Positions 18,813 through 31,485 of a stretch of DNA of 64,000 nt are shown piece after piece (the stretch's first letter is position 1; every line of letters begins with the position of its first letter). The stretch comes from an uncultured delta proteobacterium (lineage in GTDB: Bacteria > Desulfobacterota > Desulfomonilia > Desulfomonilales > Desulfomonilaceae): the NCBI GenBank assembly GCA_963789265.1, contig CAWBKB010000001.1, positions 1,312,001 to 1,376,000 of the forward strand, written 5' to 3'. The position numbers were made by a program, and so were the translations under genes. The notes beneath the pieces were generated by a model. That model had not been told where the DNA came from and did no database searches. It saw only the letters and a program-made list of their open reading frames with translations.

Positions 18813-21470
18813 TCAGTAAGCGACCTGTCGGAGTTTCATCGTGAAGAAACGGCAGAGATTGATCCCAATCTGGGGATAGACTTTCATAATCTCCTGGAAT
18901 TGATGATGGCGGAGTACGTAGGCGAGCGTGTCGTCAGCCGCAACGCATGTAGCATTGGGAGCCATTTGTGTAAAGAGGCTAAGTTCTCCTAAAAATGCCC
19001 CTTCTCCGATCGTCACCTTTTCGATTTGGTTTGGTGTCTCATATCCACCGAATATAGTGACCTTTCCGCTGACAACAAGGTAGATCGAGGAATTCTGTTC
19101 GCCCTCTCTTATCATGATATCACCCGGTTTGAAATGCTCTATATTGACAACAGAGGCTATAGCGTGGAGCTCGCGCACTCCCATTCCTTCGAAGATGCTA
19201 AATTCCTTGAGTTTGTTGATTCTTTCGATAATGTCAGGCATGGGGGCTACCTCGTTCATGCTGCGCGCCAGCGCAAACTGGGCGATTTCCCGCACATAGG
19301 GAAACTTGTCCCCAAGGCGGGCCTCAATGATAGGAATAAAGGATTGCCGGGGCATCTGATCCCCGATCACGAAGAGGGCAAGCATTCTGGTGATAGGATC
19401 TTCCGCGTCCGCGAGGAATGTTAAGAGACGATCCGGCGTATCGTTGCGGATCAGCGGGAAGAGCTTCCTTCCTTTTTCGATTTTCTCGTTCAGGGGGATA
19501 TCTTCGATCAGGGGAATCAGGTACGGTGTTAATTCCTTTTGAATCGAATTCTCTACCAACTCAACGGCAATGGAGGCGGTTTCCGATCTGAGAGCTTGAT
19601 ACATGAGCCTCATATCCGCATGATAGACCCACAATGCATAAAAGATAAGGCTGAGGATCTCTTCATTCACTTCCAACAGATGCTTATTCAGCATTCCGAT
19701 ACTCTGTGCACCCTCTTCCTGAAGTCGTCGAACGGCTATCAGGTTACCGTATGCCTGTCCCAACTGTTTTCCAAGAAAAGGGACCAGCTCGAAATCCTTG
19801 ACTCCGGCCAGCCTCAGCACCTCGAGAATTCCTTGCTTTGCCCTAGGCGGAACCTCAAGGAGGGAAACTTCAAGATAGGGCACTATTGTCTCTCGATAGC
19901 TCATAAGGGCTTCAATGGCCCCTGTTCGTACATCATCATCACTGTCTTCCAGGCACCGGATAAGTTTGGATACTGCCCTGATATCTTGCGTCCGTGCGAA
20001 GGAAGCGGCAGCTTCGGCACGTGTCACCGGGTTTTCGTCGTCCAGGAGCTTGAGCGCTACGTCCGGGTCAAGCACCGGAATTTCGCTTTGGTCATGGGTC
20101 GGGAATGCCTCCAAATGACCTCCGGGTGCAACCTGCCCGAGGTCCATGGCAGCAGCGCCACTGTCAAAAGTGTGGACTGATTCGATCAAGTCGAAATCAA
20201 TTTGCTTTTCAACAATTACCTGTTTGAGGACACGTTTATAGTGTTTTCTGAATATTAGGCTTTCGACCACCCAATATATCGTAAGGGCCAATGCAATTAC
20301 AGAGAAATACCGGGCGCTCAAAACCGGTTTGAGGCCAATCATCATTAGGGAGCCTAATAGCATACCCACTTTGAGGACAGTCCCGCGAAGAAATGTACGA
20401 CTCCATGCCATCAGGTCCGCCGGTATGACGCTGTACAATATTTTGTTTACAGGACCGGCTATGGCCCTCTGAATCAGAAGGGTGGTGAATTGCCCATAGC
20501 AGGCCACATATATGTTGAAGAATTTGATCAAGGAGCCAAAGAGAAGAGCGAAATTAAACGGCTGGACCAGAGCCGAATTCGTCAGACCTATTGAGGAATA
20601 GAGGCGCCCCATGAAGAACAGCAGCGCAAAGGTCGTGAGGGTGGTCATGCCGCGGAATACGGAAAGGAAGGCGATCAGCGATTGCTCCGAGGCAAACGTG
20701 TTGTTGGCAATAATACTGAATTGGTAGAAAAATATAGGGAGGAGGATGTTTGGAATCAATCCTGTGATTATGAGGTACCGAACTATTGGATAATCACGTA
20801 TCAGGCTTGGAACTTCGGTGAGTGGTACGATTCGCACCGTGCCTTTGTCCCTCTTGGTCATCGGATTGGTGTTGCCCAGAAGATTATAGCCCGTGCGGAC
20901 TAGGAACAGAGTCGTTCCCAGGCATACTGCGCCGAATATGAGAAGGGTCGGGTCTTGCCCCACGGTCAGCGTGAGAGGCCCGGTCACAAAGCTCCCGAGA
21001 GTGGATCCGAGAACCTGTGCCGCCGTGACAAGAGGGAAGATTCGCTTACCCTGTCGTGCATTGAACAGGTCCCCGGCCATGTTCCACAAGAACACCAGCA
21101 GTATGGAATCCAGCAGATGAAGCATTTGATAAAGAATGGGATAAGCGATGGTAATATCCGCTTTGACCATGAAGAAGAGAACGGTCACGGCCCCCGCGTA
21201 GATTGCCAGGAATCCCGCTAGAAGATGATAATCCATGAACCGCCGGGCGAGTTTGTCTACGACCCACATGACCACAAAAGTCAAAAGAGCGTTGATGACC
21301 AACATCATGGGTATGTATTGCGGGCCGTAACGCTTTATAAAGGATGCATCTACGTAAGTGCGAAAAATTGCTGCAACGAAGAAAATGACGAAGAAGATCG
21401 AAGAGATCCACAGGAAGTTGTGGGATTCGTGGACGTAGATTTTTAGATACTTTTCGAGAAGGCGCTTCAT
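18813..21470 (-). CDS. NTT/MFS-like multi-TM protein with HEAT repeats and a C-terminal cyclic-nucleotide-binding domain
   Basis: About 12 hydrophobic segments including WNMAGDLFNARQGKRIFP; HEAT-like LLDDENPVTRAEAA and LEDSDDDVRTGA; cNMP-like IREGE..YLVVSGKV..GELSL. Confidence 0.8.
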   Translation of the reverse strand: MKRLLEKYLKIYVHESHNFLWISSIFFVIFFVAAIFRTYVDASFIKRYGPQYIPMMLVINALLTFVVMWVVDKLARRFMDYHLLAGFLAIYAGAVTVLFFMVKADITIAYPILYQMLHLLDSILLVFLWNMAGDLFNARQGKRIFPLVTAAQVLGSTLGSFVTGPLTLTVGQDPTLLIFGAVCLGTTLFLVRTGYNLLGNTNPMTKRDKGTVRIVPLTEVPSLIRDYPIVRYLIITGLIPNILLPIFFYQFSIIANNTFASEQSLIAFLSVFRGMTTLTTFALLFFMGRLYSSIGLTNSALVQPFNFALLFGSLIKFFNIYVACYGQFTTLLIQRAIAGPVNKILYSVIPADLMAWSRTFLRGTVLKVGMLLGSLMMIGLKPVLSARYFSVIALALTIYWVVESLIFRKHYKRVLKQVIVEKQIDFDLIESVHTFDSGAAAMDLGQVAPGGHLEAFPTHDQSEIPVLDPDVALKLLDDENPVTRAEAAASFARTQDIRAVSKLIRCLEDSDDDVRTGAIEALMSYRETIVPYLEVSLLEVPPRAKQGILEVLRLAGVKDFELVPFLGKQLGQAYGNLIAVRRLQEEGAQSIGMLNKHLLEVNEEILSLIFYALWVYHADMRLMYQALRSETASIAVELVENSIQKELTPYLIPLIEDIPLNEKIEKGRKLFPLIRNDTPDRLLTFLADAEDPITRMLALFVIGDQMPRQSFIPIIEARLGDKFPYVREIAQFALARSMNEVAPMPDIIERINKLKEFSIFEGMGVRELHAIASVVNIEHFKPGDIMIREGEQNSSIYLVVSGKVTIFGGYETPNQIEKVTIGEGAFLGELSLFTQMAPNATCVAADDTLAYVLRHHQFQEIMKVYPQIGINLCRFFTMKLRQVAY

Positions 21471-22056
21471 ATCCCTCCCCGTCCAAGAAAGAAGCCGGTT
21501 GGAATTATGGACAGGGGCGAATTATAAGAGATCGGATCGAAACCTTCAACAGTTTGATTTCACAGTTATGACGATCAATGGTCTCATGGCTCGGAAATCG
21601 TTCCTGCGTAGGAGATATTTCATGATTTGACCGCGAACTGATGCCCGCGACCGGGATCACCGTTGCCCCGTACGGGTCCACAACGGTCATCTGACTTCGG
21701 TCGCTTTGTCAGCACGGGAAAGGGTGCCCTCTCAACACTGTTGGCTTATGATCGTTGTCCAAAAAGATGTCCGTTTGTTCATCGGAAGCATAGAATTTTG
21801 AAGATTCGGCCTGCGAAGCTTTCTATCGCCATCCGCGCGGGAATGCGGACAGGCTGGAGGACTGGAAAGTCCGGCCCACAGTAATAGTCCTTCCCGCGCC
21901 GGAATCCAGACTGTAGAGCAGACTTTCCAGTCTGCTGTTTATGGCATCGTCCTCCGCGCGCACGCGGACCCGGGGGGGGGGGGCGCCACGCAACCACCGG
22001 CTCCCGAATCGGAGTGAGGGGTGCCCCCTGTAGCCCTCGACGAATGACAATAGCCC

Positions 22057-22623
22057 TTACTTGACGCTATTCAACAGTTTGGACTTGACCGTTGCCGAGA
22101 GTTCGGAATCTGCCGGGGCTTTCTCCACCTTGCCGTCTTTGGTGTTCAAAAGAAGACTCTTTCCCCAAACGTCCAAAGCGTACGCTTGGAAGGTCTCTTG
22201 TTCCCCGGCTTTGTCCCACTGCGGTATCACCTCCAAGATGACGTCCTTCTCTACGGTTAGACCCGCTTTGTCATGGTACGGCCCCCGCACCGGTCCTACG
22301 GAGTAATATCTGCCGTGAGCAGCGAAAAATCTTTGTTGGGACACAATAGCGTTGCGCATGGTCTGCCGCGCGAGTGCTTCTCTCTCTGCGACTTTGGAGG
22401 TCAAGAGATGATCGAAGGCTAGATGCATTAGAAAATAGGCCACAACGGCATTGGCGCAGGCTGTCATCACGGCGATTCTCAACAAACCCTTGCTCTTGAG
22501 CTGCACCTTGCGGCCCATCAGATAGAACCATACTGCATATACGGTCGGGGAGAAGATCACAATCAATAAACACAGATAAATTAAAGCGATAATTACAATA
22601 CCTATGGTGTCTCGGATCATCAT
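22057..22623 (-). CDS. Hypothetical membrane protein with a pilin-like helix
   Basis: Two TM segments followed by ALARQTMRNAIVSQQRFFAAHGRY. Confidence 0.65.
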   Translation of the reverse strand: MMIRDTIGIVIIALIYLCLLIVIFSPTVYAVWFYLMGRKVQLKSKGLLRIAVMTACANAVVAYFLMHLAFDHLLTSKVAEREALARQTMRNAIVSQQRFFAAHGRYYSVGPVRGPYHDKAGLTVEKDVILEVIPQWDKAGEQETFQAYALDVWGKSLLLNTKDGKVEKAPADSELSATVKSKLLNSVK

Positions 22624-22641
22624 TGACGGTTCTGATTCAGT

Positions 22642-23649
22642 CTAGTTACTAGTTCCGTGAAGGACTTGTAAATTATCACGCGGCTCACCTGAGCTTGGCT
22701 TCTCTCTTAAAGGAAGGGCCTGAAGGTAGTCGGCAATTGGAGTATGGATAAATCTCAGCTCTTCATGCGTAATTTCAATCGGAACGGACTCACGCCTTTC
22801 TTCTTTGCTAAGAACCAGCTCGCCGCTCTCCGTGGCCATAATGATTCTGTACGCTAGTCGATTGTGGGCCCGAACCCGCTCCGGGATTCCGAAGCCGTAG
22901 TTGACGTGTCCGCTACCGGCGATAACGAGCATGAGCCGGCCCTTTCCCGCGGGGGAATCAAGGAAGCGCGAAACGGTCTGAGCCATTGTCGCATCCCGCA
23001 AAGCCTGTGCAAGCACAATGCGATCGAGGCTTTCTTTTTCAAAAGCCTTGTGAACTCGAAGCCTTAGGCGCAGGAGGCGATCCAGCAGCGGATTGATCTT
23101 TTCGAGCCCTTCGGGGATTTCGCGCCTTTCAGACTCGGTAAGGCGGGCGAGACCCTCATGAGCAACCTTGCGGACCAACAAGTCATTGGCGTTGAGAGCT
23201 ACTATCGGGACGTGCCGCTTACGTGCAAGGGTAAGCACATTTGCATAATCCTGCAAATTGGTCCAGTGGTCGTGGCCGAGTTCGGTAATAAGGTCTGAAA
23301 TACTCGCGCTTGCTCGTTGCCATCGGTCCAGGATTGGCTGCTGTTCCCGCGCGAACATTTCCATGCCCAGGGCGAGCTTTAATCCGCGATCCAGTAGGCC
23401 GCGAAGCACCTCCGCCTCAAGCTCATGGTGCCGGGCTATGGTGTGGATTTCTCCCAGATACACTATCCGAACTGTGCAAAGATCGTCGAACATAGCACGC
23501 AGAGGTACAGGCTCGCCCATGTACAAGTCAATGATGAACGGCTTACAATCGGCAGAAGCAGTCATGTTTGAACAGAGCAGCAAGGCCAGGCCCAGCGTCA
23601 GACTTCGGAGCAGCACTAAGCGAATTCGGTCGTGACGTAATATTACCAA
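22642..23649 (-). CDS. ChaN-family (haem-binding/uptake-like) exported protein
   Basis: IVYLGEIH, LGMEMF, IVALN, AQALRDATMA, IAGSGHV motifs; signal peptide. Confidence 0.85.
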   Translation of the reverse strand: MVILRHDRIRLVLLRSLTLGLALLLCSNMTASADCKPFIIDLYMGEPVPLRAMFDDLCTVRIVYLGEIHTIARHHELEAEVLRGLLDRGLKLALGMEMFAREQQPILDRWQRASASISDLITELGHDHWTNLQDYANVLTLARKRHVPIVALNANDLLVRKVAHEGLARLTESERREIPEGLEKINPLLDRLLRLRLRVHKAFEKESLDRIVLAQALRDATMAQTVSRFLDSPAGKGRLMLVIAGSGHVNYGFGIPERVRAHNRLAYRIIMATESGELVLSKEERRESVPIEITHEELRFIHTPIADYLQALPLREKPSSGEPRDNLQVLHGTSN

Positions 23650-23939
23650 GAACGCCCTCCAGAGAAAACAATGTCGAAATCTTTGAATTCGCCCGTGGGT
23701 GTTTCTTCGAACACCTCGACATCTTCGACTCTACCGAAGGATGGGCCTTTCCGGCACCACGCGACCACCGCATTGACCTTTTCCGCTTCGCCTTCGATTA
23801 CTGCCTCTACTCTCCCGTCCACGAGATTCTTGACCCAGCCCCTCACATCGGCCTGTCTGGCTGCTTGCCTGGTATAGGCTCTGAATGAGACCCCTTGCAC
23901 CATTCCTGAAATGAGAACTCGCCGGCGTATTATTGGCAT
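23643..23939 (-). CDS. acyP: Acylphosphatase
   Basis: ISGMVQGVSFR, GWVKNLVDGRVEAVIEG, GPSFGRVE. Confidence 0.92.
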   Translation of the reverse strand: MPIIRRRVLISGMVQGVSFRAYTRQAARQADVRGWVKNLVDGRVEAVIEGEAEKVNAVVAWCRKGPSFGRVEDVEVFEETPTGEFKDFDIVFSGGRSW

Positions 23940-24100
23940 GAGGAAATCTCCGTGACCGTTTTCGAGCACAAAACCATCTCCCAAAGGCTGCCGCAGAAGG
24001 GGTAAGCGATCCTAGTCAACTCTCCGTGCTCATTCGGCGGTCTCGACAGGCTTTGTTGTCTTTGTCATCGAAGGCAGTGAAGCATGGAGAAATCTGAACT

Positions 24101-26233
<2,133 letters not shown>

Positions 26234-26284
26234 TCAAATAATCAGGTTCAGGAGAGCCATCGTTTGCGCGGTTTGCAATTTTAG

Positions 26285-26529
26285 ACCGATTCGCTTTCAA
26301 ACAAGTGATACCGTGTTTCTGGTAGGGGCGGGTTTCAAACCCGCCCCTACATGTCGTCATGCCCGCGTACACGGGCATCCAGTAGGACCGGCCTCCGTGC
26401 CGATTGTTCGCAAGACGCCGGCAGGGGCGCCGACGCTACCCTCGGATCGAAGTCCGGGGTGATCCCGTGGAACGCGGGATGCACGGCCATATCCTCGCGG
26501 GGATTGTCACTTGTTTGACGGTGCACGCT
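26285..26529. mobile_element. MITE-like element with about 24-bp imperfect TIRs, containing a GTAG REP palindrome
   Basis: ACCGATTCGCTTTCAAACAAGTGA..TCACTTGTTTGACGGTGCAC; inner GTAGGGGCGGGTTTCAAACCCGCCCCTAC; inverted homologous copy at 37057-37479. Confidence 0.75.
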
Positions 26530-26569
26530 TATAATCAAATGCCCAGGGGATTCGTCTCAATTTGATGCG

Positions 26570-27160
26570 TTACTTCCCCTTCTTGGGCCAGGTGCCCTTA
26601 AAGTTGGATCGAACTTCTTTACCTTTCTCGCCCTTGAACAGGGCAGTTCCGTCCGTTATTGTTATCGGGAAGGAGAAATCTCCTACGGTTGTCCACCATT
26701 TCTTAATCAGGGCAGGCGCGGTCGTTTTCATCTCTTTCATACGCTCCACGTTACCTGCCCCTACCATTAGGTTTCCCAGAGTCGCCAATGTTTCGTTTGT
26801 GGTTATAACCTTCAACTGATTGGTCTTTCCGCCGGGAATCCATGAGTGTTCATACTCGTTGGCGGTATTCACCTCAAAGCCGTCAAAGGCTGTAGTGAAG
26901 GTCAGTTCGTCCAGCATGATCGGCTCTTTATTAGGATTCTTGATGTCGAGGATGTACGCCAGGTTCAGGATGGGGCCCGCTCCAACTTCCTTGGGCTCTT
27001 TATCGGTCTTAATTTTTGGTTTTATGTCGTAGAAAAACTGAATGTTGGCTACTTCCACTCTCTCCAGACTGATGATCGGCGCCTCAAGCGCCATGGCCGG
27101 GAGAACAGCAAATGCGAATGCTGCCGCAACAAATACTAATATAGCTAGTGCCCGATTCAT
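26570..27160 (-). CDS. Hypothetical exported protein (LEA_2-like beta fold possible)
   Basis: Signal peptide ending AMA; LDIKNPN..I.LD.L.F pattern; last gene of the ABC operon. Confidence 0.7.
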   Translation of the reverse strand: MNRALAILVFVAAAFAFAVLPAMALEAPIISLERVEVANIQFFYDIKPKIKTDKEPKEVGAGPILNLAYILDIKNPNKEPIMLDELTFTTAFDGFEVNTANEYEHSWIPGGKTNQLKVITTNETLATLGNLMVGAGNVERMKEMKTTAPALIKKWWTTVGDFSFPITITDGTALFKGEKGKEVRSNFKGTWPKKGK

Positions 27161-27187
27161 CTTCCCTCCTTCGCCTTTTAAGGTCTT

Positions 27188-27991
27188 TCAGGCTAACCAT
27201 CGTTTGCGCCGCTTGTAGTGTTTCACGTCTCGAAAGCTTTTCCTGCCCCCAACATCGGTGAGGCCGAGATAAAAATCCCTGATGTCAGGATTGTCTCTAA
27301 GCTTTTCCGAGGTGTCGTCCATCACGATGCGGCCGTTTTCCATGACGTAGGCGTGAGGCGCCACGGTCAATGCCAGTTTAACATTCTGTTCCACCAGGAG
27401 AATGGGGATCCGTTCTTCCCTGTTCAGCCGTTGAATAATCTCGAAGATCTCCTTGATGAGCAGTGGAGCAAGTCCCATCGAAGGTTCGTCCAGGAGCATC
27501 AATTTGGGCTTAGCCATCATGGCTCGGCCGATAACACACATCTGCTGCTCACCGCCGCTGACGAACCCGGCCGTCACGTTCCGGCGCTCCTTGAGTCGAG
27601 GGAAGTAATGGTACACCATGTCCAGGCGTTCCTTGAGGCCGGCGGGCCGTAGATGCCCCCCAACCATGAGGTTTTCTTCAACGGTGAGATGCTCAAAGAC
27701 GCGTCTTCCCTCAATGATCTGGAAGATCCCTCTCTTAGAGATCTGTTCCGCGGGTAGTTTATGTATCCGTTCACCCATGAACTCAATGCTACCGTCAGTG
27801 ACTTGACCGTCTTCGTGATTGAGCAGGCCGGAGATAGCCTTGAGGGTAGTGCTCTTTCCTGCGCCGTTGGCACCCAAGAGCGCTACCACCCCGCCCTCCG
27901 GAACCTCAATGGAAACCCCCTTGAGAACAAGAATAACCTCGTGGTACCTGACCTCGATGTTGTTGATCTTCAAGATGCTGCTCTGAGTCAC
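27188..27991 (-). CDS. LIV-type ABC transporter ATP-binding protein (LivF-like)
   Basis: GANGAGKST, SGGEQQM, LLDEPSMGLAP, LVEQN. Confidence 0.92.
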   Translation of the reverse strand: MTQSSILKINNIEVRYHEVILVLKGVSIEVPEGGVVALLGANGAGKSTTLKAISGLLNHEDGQVTDGSIEFMGERIHKLPAEQISKRGIFQIIEGRRVFEHLTVEENLMVGGHLRPAGLKERLDMVYHYFPRLKERRNVTAGFVSGGEQQMCVIGRAMMAKPKLMLLDEPSMGLAPLLIKEIFEIIQRLNREERIPILLVEQNVKLALTVAPHAYVMENGRIVMDDTSEKLRDNPDIRDFYLGLTDVGGRKSFRDVKHYKRRKRWLA

Positions 27992-28075
27992 AACCTTTCT
28001 CCCTTTTTCCGCCGATGGAGCCAGGCAGTGGATTGCAAGTCGCCTGAGGGCGGATCCAGCCGCCCCCAAGACTTC

Positions 28076-29329
28076 TTACCAGCCGAGCCAGCTTTGCCAC
28101 TTGTCCGGAAACATCTTCTTCATATCGATCTTGTCGAACGGTTCGATTTTGCCATTCTTAATGGTGTAAAGACTCGCGATCGACGTGGGGCGATGATCCT
28201 TGTCGGTAATAGTGTACGGTCCAACGCCGAGGGCATTTTTGGTGTTGAAGGGGTACCAACCCTTCAGGGATTCCAGAGCCGCCTTAAGTTCCGGCCCCTT
28301 AAGAGATCCCTTCTTGTCCGCAGCCTGCAACCCCGCGGCCGCGAGGGACGCTTTGACCCACCCCTGAACGGTTCTAATACTTCTTTTTTCCATTGGGACA
28401 TAAGGGTTCAGCTTCTTGGCATATTCGACAACCTTATCCATGTACGGAACATTCATGCCGAGGAACGCACAGGATGCCGCCCCTATCACGCCTTCACCCG
28501 CCGCTCCGGTGAGCCGCAGGAGGTTCTTGTCAAAACCCCAGTTGTTAATTATGTGATCCGCTTTCAACCCAAGAGCGTGAGCATCCTTGAGGGTGGTTGC
28601 GACCGACATGGTGGTGTTCCCGTGCCAACAGATAGTGGGATTCTCACTCTTGGCTTCGAGAACCTGGCTCTTTGCGTCCAGGGCGAACAAGGAGACGTTC
28701 TGATCTTTTCCCACATCGATTCCAAGCAATTTAGCCTGATCTTTGATTGCTTTGATCGGAGCGTTGCAATAGGGCGCGGCGAACATGTAAAAGCAGACCA
28801 GCTTGGGCTTCTTGCCGGCTTCTCGGGCTTTCTTCCACTTGTCGCTCTTCTTCCAGACTTTCTCGTACCAAGAGGTGAGCGCAGCTCTCGCATTGGTTGA
28901 GTAGTCAGTGCTATAAATAAAATTGTACGGTGTCTTCTTAGGATCGCACAGGGCTCCCGACAAGGAATCCGAAATGGTCACCATCTTGTCTTTGTTGACC
29001 GTCGGGGAAAGGGCCTCTGTATCGCCGGTGCCCCATTGCAGCAGCATCGCGATCTTGTCGGTGTCCCTAAATCTCTTGTAAATCGTGATGGCTTCGGGGA
29101 CTCTGTAACCGTAATCCTGGAGCAGGAGTTTAATCTTCTTGCCGTTTATTCCTCCGTGGTCATTGATATAGGTCACACATTCCCGGACACCCAGGGCCGC
29201 GTCTTTGCCCACGTCGGAGGTCGCACCGGTCAAGTCGTTGATCGACCCCACCGTAATCTCCTGCGCCGCAAAAGATACGGAGCAGAGAAGCATGGTAGCC
29301 AGCCCTAACAGCAGGATTCTCTTACTCAT
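28076..29329 (-). CDS. LIV-type ABC transporter substrate-binding protein
   Basis: Signal peptide; DLTGATSDVG..INDHGGINGKKI..WGTGDT. Confidence 0.9.
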   Translation of the reverse strand: MSKRILLLGLATMLLCSVSFAAQEITVGSINDLTGATSDVGKDAALGVRECVTYINDHGGINGKKIKLLLQDYGYRVPEAITIYKRFRDTDKIAMLLQWGTGDTEALSPTVNKDKMVTISDSLSGALCDPKKTPYNFIYSTDYSTNARAALTSWYEKVWKKSDKWKKAREAGKKPKLVCFYMFAAPYCNAPIKAIKDQAKLLGIDVGKDQNVSLFALDAKSQVLEAKSENPTICWHGNTTMSVATTLKDAHALGLKADHIINNWGFDKNLLRLTGAAGEGVIGAASCAFLGMNVPYMDKVVEYAKKLNPYVPMEKRSIRTVQGWVKASLAAAGLQAADKKGSLKGPELKAALESLKGWYPFNTKNALGVGPYTITDKDHRPTSIASLYTIKNGKIEPFDKIDMKKMFPDKWQSWLGW

Positions 29330-29441
29330 CTAGCACCTCCCTCTTCTTAGTTGAAATGCAGTTTCTTGTGGTAAGGCCCGTCCTTTTCGTAATCACCCCC
29401 TTTCTAATGGAGGACTACTCCAAAAAGGCCTCTCTAAATTC

Positions 29442-30566
29442 CTAAGACTTTCCCGTATAAGAGAACGGCCAGAGGTTAAAATAATTCTTCAACTGCCAGT
29501 ATCGGTAACTCAGGCCGTTAGGTTCATACAAGAGGAAGAAGATGATAGCCATCCCAAACGCGGACTCCTTAAAAAAGATAATCTTGGTGGTAATCCAACC
29601 CCACTGCGGATATGATGTCATAAGAAAGTTGCTTATCCATAGGACGCCGGTTTCCAGGGCCTTGAAGACCAACACTACGAATGCCGCGCCAAAAACAACT
29701 CCCTGAATGCTCCCTACGCCCCCGATGAGAATGACTCCCACCCAGAGAAGGGAGTAGAACCATTCGTATTGCTCAGGGCTGACAAAGAACAAAGCGCTGA
29801 TGTAAAATGACCCCGCTATCCCGGCAAAGAACCCCGCCACAAAAAATGCCATGAGCTTGTAAGTTACTATATTTACGCCCATGGTCTCGGCCGCAATATC
29901 GTTGTCCCTTATGGCGATCCACGCTCGACCTAGCTTGGACCGCAATATATTCCCCATTGCCAGCAAACATAGGGCCACGAGTATTATCGACCAATAGTAC
30001 CTGGTGATGTCGTTATCAAGTGCCCAGGGTCCGATCTTCAGAGTCCCCTCCGGTATTGCGAACGCCTGTTCGCGGCCACCTATCCGGCTTACATACTGGG
30101 TGATCACCAGCGGCACTGTTATCCACTGAGCTGCCATGGTGGTCATGATCAGATAAAATCCTTTGACACGTGCCGAAGGCAGGCCGAAGAGCACCGACCA
30201 GAATCCGGCGAGAAACGCGGCGCAAATCATACTGATAGGATATGCCAATCCTGCATTGACTATGAATTTAGGCCAAGGCACAAATAGCATCATCATGGCG
30301 CTACAGTAACCGCCTACCGCCACAAAAGCCGCATGACCCAAAGTGATCTGGCCGCAGTACCCGATGAGCAGTTGGACGCCGAGAGCAGCCAACACGTAAT
30401 AGCTGATGGTGTAAGCGACGCTCAGATACTCCTCACTCACGCAATAGGGGAAAATGATCAGCAAGATCACCATAAGAATCATTTTTCCCTTTATAAAGGG
30501 GGTACGCCACCACTTCTGATCTGCTTCGTAGGATTCGTGATATGTGCCGCACGGGAGGTAACTCAT
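29442..30566 (-). CDS. LIV-type ABC transporter permease (LivM-like)
   Basis: GYCGQITLGHAAF, GRAWIAIRDNDIAAETMG. Confidence 0.92.
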   Translation of the reverse strand: MSYLPCGTYHESYEADQKWWRTPFIKGKMILMVILLIIFPYCVSEEYLSVAYTISYYVLAALGVQLLIGYCGQITLGHAAFVAVGGYCSAMMMLFVPWPKFIVNAGLAYPISMICAAFLAGFWSVLFGLPSARVKGFYLIMTTMAAQWITVPLVITQYVSRIGGREQAFAIPEGTLKIGPWALDNDITRYYWSIILVALCLLAMGNILRSKLGRAWIAIRDNDIAAETMGVNIVTYKLMAFFVAGFFAGIAGSFYISALFFVSPEQYEWFYSLLWVGVILIGGVGSIQGVVFGAAFVVLVFKALETGVLWISNFLMTSYPQWGWITTKIIFFKESAFGMAIIFFLLYEPNGLSYRYWQLKNYFNLWPFSYTGKS

Positions 30567-30570
30567 TGAA

Positions 30571-31485
30571 CTAGACCCTTTCTATGCGTTCCCAACCCCA
30601 GAGTCCATAAGGTTTAAACAGCAGGAAAACTACCATGAATATGAAGGGCGCGACTTCCTTGATTCCCCCCGGAAAGAACACGTCTAGATAGCCGCCTGCA
30701 AGATTTTGCAATACTCCTATGCTGATCCCGCCCACGATGGCTCCCGGGACCGAGTTGAGGCCGCCGAAGACCACGACCGGAAGAACAATTAGACCAAGAC
30801 TGCTGACGGAAATATTGAGGCCGTTGATATTCCCGAGGACCGTGCCTCCCACCCCGGCAGCCATAAACGCAATGGCCCAGGCCAGGGCATAAACGAATTT
30901 TGCACTTACTCCAAGAGAAAGGGCCGCCATTTCATCATCCGCACAAGCTTGCATGGAGAGACCCCACCTGGTGTACTTGAAAAAACAGATGAACACCACC
31001 ATCAGAACTAAGGCGGCAATGAAGCCCCAGACATAAACGGCTTCTCCAACTGCAATGCCCGCCACATGTATTGACTCCATCGAAAAGACCCTTGGCATGA
31101 AGATCTGCGTGTCGGTATCCCAGATGATGAAGACCATACCTTTGAAAAAGAAGGAAAGACCTACCGTCACCATGATGACGGCCAAGATCGGTTCACCTAT
31201 CATCTTCCGCAAGACGAGGCGTTCCGTAAGTAGGCCGAGTATGAAACCTATGATCATAGTGCCTATAAGAGCCAGGATAAATGCAGACGTTATCGGCATA
31301 ATAGTGACGAATCTCGTGTACAGGCCGAGGCAGACATAGCCGCCGATCATAGTAAGCTCGCCCATGGCCAGATTAAGGACGCCCGAGCACTTGTAGATAA
31401 GCACCCAACCAAGCGCCACCAGGGCGAAAATGGACCCCAGCATGACACCGGTCGTTAGCAATTGCGCCAATTTGGTCCAGTCCAT
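30571..31485 (-). CDS. LIV-type ABC transporter permease (LivH-like)
   Basis: ALVALGWVLIYK.SGVLNLA.G, GGLNSVPGAIVGG, KPYGLWG. Confidence 0.92.
   Translation of the reverse strand: MDWTKLAQLLTTGVMLGSIFALVALGWVLIYKCSGVLNLAMGELTMIGGYVCLGLYTRFVTIMPITSAFILALIGTMIIGFILGLLTERLVLRKMIGEPILAVIMVTVGLSFFFKGMVFIIWDTDTQIFMPRVFSMESIHVAGIAVGEAVYVWGFIAALVLMVVFICFFKYTRWGLSMQACADDEMAALSLGVSAKFVYALAWAIAFMAAGVGGTVLGNINGLNISVSSLGLIVLPVVVFGGLNSVPGAIVGGISIGVLQNLAGGYLDVFFPGGIKEVAPFIFMVVFLLFKPYGLWGWERIERV

Noticed and set aside
21972..21983. G12 tract as a phase-variation site
   Set aside because: It is intergenic, within a repeat-rich stretch, and homopolymer lengths look unreliable in this assembly.
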